Assembly (NCBI RefSeq): GCF_023055435.1
Contig: NW_025964361.1
Span: 40,486,001 to 40,550,000 of the forward strand
Direction: 5' to 3'
DNA length: 64,000 bases
Origin: Haliotis rufescens
Taxonomy: Eukaryota
The translations under genes and the position numbers were made by a program. A model generated the notes under the pieces. The model did no database searches. It had not been told where the DNA came from and saw only the letters and a list, made by a program, of their open reading frames with translations. Below are positions 1 through 12,200 of this stretch, piece by piece. Each line of letters begins with the position of its first letter. Positions within the stretch are counted from its first letter, which is position 1.

Positions 1-53
1 ATTTCAGTGTGACGTTTCTTTGTGCGTTCTGTGTTCACCTGTTAATGTTTCAG

Positions 54-226
54 CGCACAAACAACCAGAAAATTGGCCTGTGTGAAGCCTTGCTGGCTAT
101 TGGAGCATGGGACAATGCGAAGGCCGTCCTCGACCGAATGCCAGAGTTCTTTGCCATGTCAAACACGTCCACTGCCCAAGCCTTGTGTCAGCTGATTCAC
201 TCACTCGTAGAACCTCTTTATCAGCA
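54..226 (+). CDS. THOC2: THOC2 exon ([14 protein letters not shown]...EPLYQ)
   Basis: tttcag acceptor, gtaagt donor. Confidence 0.93.
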
Positions 227-3200
227 GTAAGTACCCATGTTCTCACAGACTTGATAATCTGTCCATTGAACACATGGAGATTCCAGGTTAGAATAGGCCT
301 CAGTCACTCCATGCTTGTCGTAAGAGACTAAGTTGAGGAAGATGTGGTCACCTGGCTGAGGGTGTGTCAGGGTAAGCTGACTGTTGATAAGTTGCTCATG
401 TTATCAACAATTGGTGTACTTGGCCTAGTTTATATTATTTACAGGCTTTGTAATATACAGTATGGATGGTGTATTGCTGACTTTGGTGTACAATAACATT
501 CTCAGTCTGCCGTCTGTTAATGCCATCCAGAGCTTAGGCATGTTAGGTGGAGCTTTTCGTTTTCTTCAGAATGCATTACCTCTCAGGGTTTCAGATTGGT
601 TTATTTCCAGGAAATTGACAGATTGTATTCCAAAATGTCTTAAAAATTGTATTCAAATTTGGTTAAGACATGTAACAATGTCATATCAAAAATTGATAAA
701 ATCATGAAAATGGCTGATTACCTTTTGTCTCCAACAAAGTCACTACCTCTGTGAGCTTGTAGACCATCTTCTTCAATATTCATGATTTCACCTTAACATT
801 AAGCAAGTTAGTGCTATAACAAGAGAGTCATCAAACGTGCTTGTCTCTCTAATTTTTTAGCAACAGTGGTTTATCAAGAGTTTTGATGAAAAAGAGAGAT
901 CGAAGATGGAAGGGAAAGATATCCCCTGATGCTGTTACAACATTTCTACAACTACACCAGCGAGTCATGCCCATGTTTCTCTACCTGGGACCACACGCTT
1001 CGCGAGATCCGATACTCATCGCAAAGTTCATCCGACTTGGCAGGACCTTTATGACAAAGGTAACTGGCTTAGTGCTCAGTAAATTCTTAGTGTCTTTTTG
1101 GTCATTTTGAAGACATGAGCTATTTCTCCATCTCCTGACCGCCTCTGTGGTCTAGTGGTAGAGCGTCCGCCCGGCCGCGTCATACCAAAATACGGTATAA
1201 GATGGTCCTTGTTTGTTATCCTGTCTGGCGCTCGACATTAGGGGCTAAAGCAAGGACTGGTCAGTTCGGAGTCAGTATACTGTGTCTGAGTGGGGTATTC
1301 ATGTCAAACTGTGGCATGGTATCTCAGTGGGCTAGCACTATAAATTGGCATCAGTCCGGCTAGAACAAGCAGCCACACACACACACATGCATACACATTG
1401 CTATATAAGTGCAATAGTCTTGGACGCGACGTTAAATCCAATTTCACCACACCTCATCTCACATCACCTCACCTCACCTACATGACCTTCTCATGGTCGT
1501 GGGTTTCACCAAAGTGGAGAAGACAAAGGACCTTCATCACTTTTTTCCCACACAAAGCTGACATGCTATGATGTCATAGGAAAAAAAGTTACACACCGAG
1601 TTTAATAAAATATTCGCTCACTATCCTGCCACATAAAGCTGAATGTTTGATATAGCCGAAATGCTGTCAAAAAGGTCATTAAACTCAACTCATTTGTGAT
1701 TATCCGGCTTCAGCGCCATGAAGGTGGCGTGGGTCCAGAAGACGATGTTGCGTACTATGGATTCCTGAACATCCTGGATGATGTCGTCCTGCCCAGCATG
1801 TGTCTCCTGCCCTGTAATTGCTGTCTCACTGAGGAACTGTGGGGACTCCTGAAGCTCTACAAGTATGAACTCAGGTAAGACTTGAAACTTTCTGCCTGCG
1901 GTCAGTGCGGGTTTCAATTGGTCCCAAGCAGCCTAAGCTGGTCAATGAGGTAACTTAATGGATCGGGTGGTCAGACTCTGTGACTTGGTTGATGGCATGT
2001 CATCATACACCACAGCGTGGATCAATGCTCACAATATCAATCTCTGAATTGTCTGTCCAGACTAGATTATTTACTGGCCACCGTCATACAGCTGGAATAT
2101 TGCTGAGTGCAGCTTTAAACAAGAAAGAAGCACACACACTGAAAACTTCTGTATCCATGTTCAGTATTTGACAAGTAACTCCAGTTGTGCTTCATAATCT
2201 TCTAATGTGATACATGAATTATTTATGATTCAAATTCAAATGATTCAGATTTCACTTCTCATTCTACTGTGAAACCCTGTAAGTCTGGAGAGAAAAAACT
2301 TCTACACAAATACTATTGCGAATGTTTGTATATTACGAAAGGGACATAAACAAATACCAAAGAATTATCCATCTGGATATTTTAACTTGTTAAAATGCGG
2401 TCCGGATCTACAGACACGGAAGGTCAAATTTCTCTATGTATTAGAGACATGTTGTTGATATGTTCGGATGTCAATCATCTTGATGTTTCAAATCATTTAA
2501 AACTGTGTTATGTCCTTTCAGATACCGTTTGTATGGTCACTGGAAGAATGACTCCCATCAGCATCATGCAATCCTGATCCGGAGGAGGGCGGACTGTCTG
2601 GAGCGGGCCAAATACATTATGAAGTAAGTGTGTCAGGGGAGACAACTGTCACTGGTTGGATGTTTATGGAGATGTCTTTTCTTGCATAGTCTTGAACCGC
2701 TCTTGATGTCTTTCTCCATTATTTTTTCTGCAATGGACCATTTGAAGCAGATTTCCTTACCTGTATTAGTAATGTCTGTCCGCCAGTGGGAAATCTGGGT
2801 TAGAATATGTCCCCATTAAACTATGCTTATAAGAAGTGACTAAATGGATGGTGTTGGTGGCTTGGTTGATTGTGTGTCATTGTAGCCAGGCAGCATGTGT
2901 TGCTAATATTATCAATCACATGTTAACAGACCATTTCATTCTCAAGCAGATTTCCATCTTTTCATGACATTGACATATGTGTTCCTCATTTTTTAGCTAT
3001 TTCTCTGAGTGGTCTAAATTCTGCAATTATGTACATCTTGTTCACAGACGTTTGTCCAAAGAAACAGTCAAGCCATCTGGAAGACAAATTGGGAAACTAA
3101 GTCACAGCAACCCAGGCGTGGTGTTTGAATATGTAAGTGCTTTGATTATATCTTATAAAAACAGGCGGTCGGGTAGCCTAGTGGTTAAAGTGTTCACTCG

Positions 3201-6200
3201 ACACGGCAAAGACCTGTGTTCGATTCCCGACAAGGGTACAATGTGTGAAGCCCATTTCTGGTGTACTGTTTTTTTCTATTGTTGTATTTTTTATGTGACA
3301 ATTAAAAATTGAATGAGGTTTAAAAAGCTTTTACCTGATTTCATAAATTGTGTTTGTATAGATGTATACTTTGGTGTTTTGATTTGGCACATGCAACTTT
3401 GAAAAGCCCATAGAGGCTGGTATGTTACATTTGTATTTTGTGTTTTTCAGGTTCTGTCTCAAATCCAGCGCTATGATAACTTCATCGGCCCAGTGGTGGA
3501 CTCACTCAAGTTCCTCACATCCTTCTCCTATGACGTCTTAGCATGTATCCTTTTGTGTCACGTTAACCATGGCAACCTGAAATTGCAGTAGTCTCAAACT
3601 TAAAAGATGAGGAATTATGAAAATTTGAAAGTGAGCTCCTCCAATTTCATTATCATGCAGATATGTGAGGACTTGACGATATTTAGCTAGTGTATGTATT
3701 GCCACCACAATTTGTTAAGCATAGCTGTGCCCCTGTGCTGCCAAGACCCGCAGGTCATTGGTCCTGATAACGATCCTTGCTAGGTCGGCTTCAAACCCAT
3801 AGGCATGGATTTGATTAATATCTTAACTGTCTATGACCTGCACAATTTTTTACGCTCCTTCCAAAGTAAGCTGATACCCCATAACTGGACTGAAATACTT
3901 ATAAAGAGAAGCTCCATCAGTGTAGCATGACATATGTTAGTCATGTCTTTGTTGTGGGGTAACATTTGTGGATACAAAGTTAAATCTTTCCTTAACTGTA
4001 CATGAGTCTGTATAATAGAAGCCGTGGCAAGTCCCGAGAAGGAGAGAATGAAGCATGATGACACAAACATCTCCCTGTGGCTTCAGAGTAAGTTGATGAA
4101 GAACCCGTTGAGAATAGAGTTGAAGGCTAAACATCATAATGACATCATTGTTACCCTATAACTATCATGCAGGGATAGACACCATTGGTCATCTCTAACA
4201 AGTCTGCAGACAAGTTTAACATCACTAGATTTTGGAAGATAAAAACAAGTCCTCTAGGTTTTCTTTCACTGGTCTCAAACTAGTGCTCTTGTCTATCCCT
4301 GTTATGGTTACTATACTAGATATAAGTAACTTATTTACATATGAACTATTTATGAAGCATGTTGTAATTAAACAGTCATTCATCAAATTTATTAGGATTC
4401 AAAGTAAGATGAACTAACAAACGATGCAGCAGAGGATTCACGAGATTGTTTTGGTTCCAGGCCTGGCCAATTTTGCTGGGTGCATTTGTCGCAAGTACCA
4501 GGTGGAACTGGCTGGGATCATGCAGTATGTGGCCAATAAACTCAAGGCAGGCAAGAGGTGAGGACACTTGGATTATTACTGGTCTCTACGCAGTGTTGAA
4601 CATCTTGTCAGCACTGACAAAACTGAAACAAACTTGATTATCCAGAGTATTATATCGCCATTCTGCTATGGTAAATACCTTGGACCCTTTTGCCGAGCCC
4701 AATTTGAATGGCACAAGGCTTTAAAAAGTCATCCAATCAAATTGTTCACATGAGCATGATGAGTGGGAGAAACGGAGACTGATGTCACTTTCCCCCAAAA
4801 AGAGGGGTGGGCGGGAAGCCTCGTGGTTAAAGCGTTCGCTCGTCATGCCGGAGACCTGGGTTCCATTCCCGACATGGGTACAATGTGTGAAGCCCATTTC
4901 TGGTGTCCCCTGCCGTGATATTGCTGGAATATTGCTGAAAGTGGGGTAAGACCACACTCACTCACTCACTCAAAAAAAAGCTATGGTAGTGGTGGCAAGT
5001 AAGCCCAAGGTTCTGATACTAGAATGGCAATGTTATGCTCAACATTTATCTAAAATGTAATGTTTTTCACATTTATACCTTTATATCATTGTAGATTCCA
5101 TTATGTTGTTGCAACTTAAATCCTTGGTTCTACAGTGCTGTGGCACTATTAGAGTAGGTGATGTGTTTGAGTAGGTGATGTGTTTGAGTAGGTGATCTGT
5201 TTGAGTAGGTGATGTGTTTGAGTAGGTGATGTGTTTGAGTAGGTGATTTGTTTGAGTAGGTGATGTGTTTGAGTAGGTGATGTGTTTGAGTAGGTGATTT
5301 GTTTGAGTAGGTGATGTGTTTGAGTAGGTGATGTGTTTGAGTAGGTGATCTGTTTGAGTTGCTGATGTGTTGTTTTAGTTGCTGATGTGTTTGAGTAGGA
5401 GGTGATGTGTTTGAGTCAGCGATGTTTGAGTAGGAGATGTGTTTGAGTTGATGTGTTTGAGTCCATGTCATGAGTGCTGTCTGTGATGTTGCAGTATTGA
5501 CCTGCTGCTGTTGAGGGAGGTGGTACAGAAGATGACAGGTGTGGAGATATCAGAGGAGATCACCAATGACCAGTTGGAAGCCATGACGGGAGGCGAGCTG
5601 CTCAGACAGGAGGTAGGCATCTGAGTCAAATGACAATAAGTTTAGACATTTTTTACAGTCAGTGTTTCACATTTGAAAGAATTAAGAACTCCCAAGCAAT
5701 TTATAGTCCGGTTCATTTCAAATTTGGAAAGTCAGCTGAGTGATATTTCATGATCTATTTGATATGTGGTATAAACTTCTATTAACAATTTGCTGAAAAA
5801 TACTAAACCAGGTTCCATTTAAGTCATTAAGAAATATATGCCAGTGTTTCTGTTACTTTTAACTAAGTTTTATGAACCAGCAATATTTAAATACTAGGGG
5901 TTTCAAAACGTTAATTGCTGACATCACACCTGTTGTTGTTATTGCTATCATGATGACCTTCTGTGTTTTGCAACTGAAGGAAGAAATGTTCCATTGGTTG
6001 CTCTGGTTGCAAGTAGTTGTGTGCAATGCCTCCTTGTAAGTTAGTTACTTTCCTTTGCTAGGGAGGCTACTTTGCCCAGGTGCGCAATACCAAGAAGTCA
6101 TCGACTCGTCTGAAGGAGACGCTGCTGGAACACGACCTGGCTCTGTCTCTCTGTCTGCTCATGTCCCAGCAGAGGAACTGTGTTGTATTTAAGGAGGGAT

Positions 6201-9200
6201 CCAACAGGCATCTCAAACTCGTGGGGAAACTCTACGATCAGGTATGCCGGGGTTTGTTTGTGTCATAGTTCAGAACATTCTGTTTCTTATAATGTCATGA
6301 AGGGATACCAGTGTCCAATAAATGACATACTTGATCTAAGACAGAATATGTCATCTAGTCAAATGTTGTTATTAGTCAGTTTTAAGATAAATTTTCCATG
6401 CGGGACATGCATCTTAAATGGTCACGCTGGATATGATGGTTAATAAGATTCAAAGTGATGATGTTGCAAACAGAAAAGTGATGATGATGATGATATTAAT
6501 ATTTTCTCATGCAGGATATGCATCTTAAGTGGTCACACTGGATATGATGGTTAATAAGATACAAATTGATGATGTTATGTATAGTATTGATGATGTTACG
6601 AATAGTATTGATGATGATAATGATGATGAGAAGTATCTGAAATTAAAAGTGTTATTGCCACTCCCAGGACTTAGTTTGTTATTGCCAATATTTCAATATT
6701 GCCAACTGTGAGTTGAATCCAGCTAGATAAATATAGGAGGGATGCTGCAGATTAATTGTGTTCCATTAAAGACAAGATGTGTTGTTTCCTTTTTTCCCAG
6801 TGTCAGGACACGCTGGTTCAGTTCGGCAGCTTCCTCTCCATGCAGCTGAGCACGGAGGAGTTTGTGAAGAGGCTGCCCAGTATAGATGTCCTGATGACCA
6901 CGTTCCACCTGCCAGCTGACTCGGCCTTCTTCCTGTCCAGGTCTCTCTATGCACATGGGATCAATGTGAGTACAGCTTGCTATGATAAGAGGTATACTTC
7001 CCAAACAACGTTATCAAGGACCACCTGATATTTTGATACGACCATAGCTAATCTGTTATGGCTTTTGTAATATGAAACAATCATGGCATATTAACTATAA
7101 TAATATGAAAAAATTGGGTGGTCCTTAATGAATATATGTATGAATATATGGCACTTTTTATGGGAAGCAACTTCTTTTATTCTTTGTCATGGCAATTCAG
7201 AGCTACTTCCTGCTCCTTCATCAGGTGAATGCTTAGTAAGTGCAAAGACATAAAGTCATTGAGTAGTATATGTCACCTAATTTGCCTGGTGCAAACTCAA
7301 TTATTTATAGGCATTTGCAAAATACCTGGCAAATTGTTGATGGCAGCAAAAACAACATTAAATCTCTCATATAGAATTGGGGTATTGGGAATGCCTTGTG
7401 GTTGAAGTGTCAGCTTGTCACTCCAAAGTCCCAGGTTTGATTTCCAACCTGGGTTCAAAATGTTATTCCCATTCTTGGTATCCTGTGGAATTTGTCTTAA
7501 TAGAGTATGTACCAGGTATGTACCAGGTGAGGTGCCTTGCATGGTGTATACAAGCAAACAAAGGAAACAAAGAAACAAACAGAATTTGGACAATATGAGT
7601 AATAACCAACACCTCTTTTTAAAGTACCAAACAAGCCAGGTCATACCATTGAGGTGATCCTCCTAGGAGCCTATCCAAGAACTATCCATTCTCAATACTT
7701 TCACAACCATCCAATGATTGGCCACCTATTGCAACAAGCGTGGTTACTGGGTACAACCTGCTTGGAGTAAATGATTGTGATACTTCTAGAGGTCATGTTT
7801 TATCTTGTTTTGTTCTCGTTTTTTCCTAGGCCAAGTATGAAGAGAAGAGAAAGAGTGATAAAGGCCAAAAAAGTAGTAGCCAGACAAAGGTATGTGTTGT
7901 TTCTGAGACTTACTTGAGACAGATGCCAGGACAGATTAACTGTAGTGATATTGAAGATAGCTATTGCAAGATATAATGAAGAACAAAGCGTGGTTTATTT
8001 CACGATACACCATTGTTCTATCATGATGTCATTTCAGGAGATTCAAACCTGCTCTCACAACTTGATGACATTTTTCAGGCGGTGCTTGTCTTTTTTTGGT
8101 GCCAGTATGTATTGTCATCACTGGTATGGAGGATATTCCGACTTTGTCTCTTTGATTTCTGCCAAAGCTCTAACATACTAGAGATTATGATTTAGTTTAG
8201 TTGAGACATATGCAGTGCAGGATAGCCATGGCGATAAAATATGTTGTAGGATTATCCATCCTGGAATACAGATTGATGTACATGTGGCTGTGTATCCTTC
8301 ACCTATCAGCTCCGGAGCCTCCCGTGTTTGCGTTCTTAGAAGCACGACCCTATTAAGGCTAGTCTCTTATTACATGTATAAAGCCTGTTTGTTCAGCATT
8401 TGATCTTTGTTCTGTGTCTACAGATTCAGCGCTATATTGAAGCATCTGAAGAAGTCCTGAAGCCCACCATTGATCTGGTCCAGTCTCTCTATCCAGGCAA
8501 AGTGTGGGAAGACATCAGGTACAGTTTTTTCAGTGCTTTTATGAAAAAATTGTTCTTGCTTCTCAGACAGGTCTGTGTTGGAAACTCATGAAGAACTTTC
8601 GGTTTAATGCAAGAAAAAGCACAATTCTGAAACCCTCATATCTCACAATGTGAAGTGCTTCATATGTACCCTTTTACATTCAGAACAAATACTTTCTTTG
8701 GTTTGCCTAAATGGAAATATGCCTATCAGATCAGGAAAGAGGGAAACATTGAAGTAAAGAAAACTAGTTACAATTAACAGTGTTTGATGCTAACCAAAAT
8801 TGTCAGTTGTCCAAAGGATCTGCATCAAAGAAAAATTTGCTGGTCCTGTTTGATCTCTACTAGACACAGTATCGCTGATTTCAAAAGTCATACAAATTGA
8901 AATAACCACTTGATTCATTTTACTGGTCCTTAAGAAAATATACTGGACTCAGACCAGCGGACCAGTGCAGTTTTTCAAAGGATCTGCACCAAAGAAAAAT
9001 TTGCTGGTCCTGTTTGATCTCTACTAGACACAGTATCGCTGATTTCAAAAGTCATACAAATTGAAATAACCACTTATATCATTTTACTGGTCCTTAAGAA
9101 AATATACTGGACTCAGACCAGCGGACCAGTGTTAGTGTCGAGCACTGGTTAAAACTTGTATGTTTTGCTGTTGCAGCCCTCAGTTCTACTTGACATTCTG

Positions 9201-12200
9201 GTCTCTGTCGATGTACGACCTGGCAGCACCGACTCCAGCATACGAGAAACAGATCCAGCAGCTCAACAGCCAGATCAATGCCATTGATGATAACAGGGAC
9301 ATGGTAAGCCTCGACCATGACCATGACCACTAGTACCGACCCGTGAAGATTCCGGGGTAGAATAGGTCTTCAGCAACCCATGCTTGCCGTAAAAGGCGAC
9401 TATGCTTGTCGTAAAAGGGGACTAACGGGATCGGGTGGTCAGGCTCGCTGACTTGTTTGATCCATGTCATTGATCCCAATTGCGTGGATCGATGCTCATG
9501 ATATTAATCACTGGATTGTCTGCTCCAGACTCGATTATTTACAGACCGCCGTCATATAGCTGGAATATTGCTGAGTGCGGCGTTAAACAACAAACCAACC
9601 AACCAATCACTAGTACCACCACCACTACTGCTACTGGGCTTGAAACACATTTAAACATGTGCTTTATGTTTTCAGTATTATCCCATACCATTATCATACC
9701 AAAATTGGCAATATGTTTTGCCTTTGCATGTCACACTTTGCCATTTAGCTCAACTGAATCATTCATCTGCTGTCTGTCGGCTGTCTATTTTACATTCTCT
9801 TTCTGATTAAATCCTCCTTGGGGCACTTATTGCATTTTCCTTGCTCAAGAAAATCTACATGACATAGTTGTAACCATTTTCCTTAATAAAAAATGTTACC
9901 ACACAAAAAACTTCGTTTTTGTATGATATACGACCACCCTTACGGGGCCTCACCCCCAACGGCACCTCACGCCAGGGGGAGCAACTCTCACCCAAATCAC
10001 TTTCCTTATGTCATCTGTAAGAGACAGACGTGTTGATTTTTTCACACAAGACAAAAATATGAGAAATCTATCGTTCGACAAGAACCATGGCTGACCAAAC
10101 TGTATGTATGGTACATTTCTTTCATTGCAAAGGCGTAATACCTCGCAATGTGAAGTTATAGAGTTGTAATAATACGCCACGTGCACGGTACCTTTGAATT
10201 CAAATGGCCGTAATGGCGTCCATATTGTAGTTCCACGGGCTGATACATGTTACACCAAGGCCATTAAGAAACGGCTTGGGGTTTTGTTATATCATTCAGC
10301 ATTGGTCTACAATTTTTTCCTTTACAAAACCCAAGGTGGTGTGTTAATTCATAAACTACACTTACCTTTTTTACGGGTTTTACACCTTAGCGCGTAACAC
10401 GCCCCTTTGGTGTTATACTACGACATTGGCTATTAGTATCGCGTTACAATTCGCATTCTACATTACGCCTTTGCTTCTAGTTTCACAATTTATGCACGTA
10501 TCTTTCCGATCTTTATATCGCACTGATACACGTTGATACCCTTCCCGCCCACCTCAGAAATTACGGTCTTGTTTACAAGACCTTCAAACTGTGTACGGGT
10601 TGTTCTAAGACAGGCGCGAACGCTGCCTAATATGTCTGGCGGAGGACATTGCTTTTACCCCCCGGGGCCCCCAAAAAGAGACAAGTTGACTTGTTCCACT
10701 TTAAAGAGGTCTATTAAAGGCAGGGGAAGATATCAGATCTACTTAGACATCCCCCCCCCCCCCCCCTCCCCATCTAAAAAGGGTAAAAAAGCTGCCGAGA
10801 TTGTCTCCCCCGCTCCCTCTCCGGGGGCCGGGGGAGAAGGCTCGAGGGTCCCCGTAGTAAGCACTGCACCCTCTCCTGCACTGTCTTTGGCAGACTTTTC
10901 TGTGTTACTTAAGTCGCAGATGGCGTCGATGATGGAGGAGGTAAAGTCTCAGCTCCGAGAGGAGATGCGGACCGAGCCTTCCCCGTTGTCGGCGCCAGAC
11001 GTGGCTTCGAGACCTTGTGATATGCCCGGCGTCGGCCGAGGCAGGCCACTTGGTCTCGGGGACGATCTCAGACCGGGCTTCGGCGCCGGCTCGAGGTCGC
11101 TCCCCAGCGGAGGGGTGGCGGGCGCCTGCCCGTGCACTACCGACGCACAATTTTTCCCTAGCGGAGCCAGACGCCTCTTCCGAGGCCGAGGCGTTCACTA
11201 GTGGATTCGTAGCCCAGAGCCAGGGGGGTTCCCTTGGTCTCGGGGACGATCCGAGACCGAGCTTCGGCTCCGGCTCCGGCTCGAGGTCGCTCCCCAGCGT
11301 AGTGGTGGCGGGCACCGGCCCGTGCACTACCGACGCACAATTTTCCCTAGCGGAGCCAGGCGCCTCTTCCGAGGCCGAGGCTTCCACTAGTGGATACCTA
11401 GCCCGGAGCCAGGTTGGTTCCCTTTGTCTCGGGGACGATCCGAGACCGAGCTTCGGCTCCGGCTCCGGCTCGAGGTCGCTCCCCAGCGTAGTGGTGGCGG
11501 GCACCGGCCCGTGCACTACCGACGCACAATTTTCCCTAGCGGAGCCAGACGCCTCTCCCGAGGCCAAGGCTTCACTAGTGGATACCTAGCCCAGTGCCAG
11601 GTGGGTTCCGTTGAACCTCCGGCACCTCGGCACCGGGACTTGGCCTCGGGTCGGGTGCAGAGACACGTGCGGGACACGATTGTCCAGGTACTGCCTCAGG
11701 TGGCTGCGCCCATGCCAGAGTAGGAGACACCCAACTTGACTAAGGTCAAGCAGGGCCGGCGGTTGCCCCCCCCTTTCCCGTGTGCGGTGCGGAGTTGAAG
11801 GCTGCTTACATATGCTTCGAGGAGCAATATCATAATGCATGCCAACAGCTCCGTGTGTCCGTACACTCCGCGTATCTGTCGGCTGTACAGAGGGAGTTAG
11901 CGGGAGAGGGGCCGGCCGACTCTTCGGAGTTGGCCGCGCAACTAACGGAAGTTCAGTTATCTTGCGCGGGACGCTATTCGTAGCTGTGCCTCGCAGATGA
12001 TGTGCGCTGTTATGGGCATGCGCAGGCGGTGGATGTCGGTATCTAAATACTCGACTTACACACGCCAAGACCTACTTGCTTTGCCGTATAAGAGGGTGCC
12101 ACCCTCTTCCCTGGGGCTCAGCAGGTGGTCCGAGAGGCTGCTCAATTGTATACTTCCATCATTAAAACCGCGTAAGCGGGCCTCTCCAATTGTCCCCTCC

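Noticed and set aside
5130-5471. 113-aa His/Thr-rich ORF
   Set aside because: Translation of a 17-bp minisatellite
10905-12068. Minus-strand ORFs of 220 and 160 aa in the DIRS element
   Set aside because: Antisense shadows of GC-rich repetitive gag sequence, with no recognisable motifs
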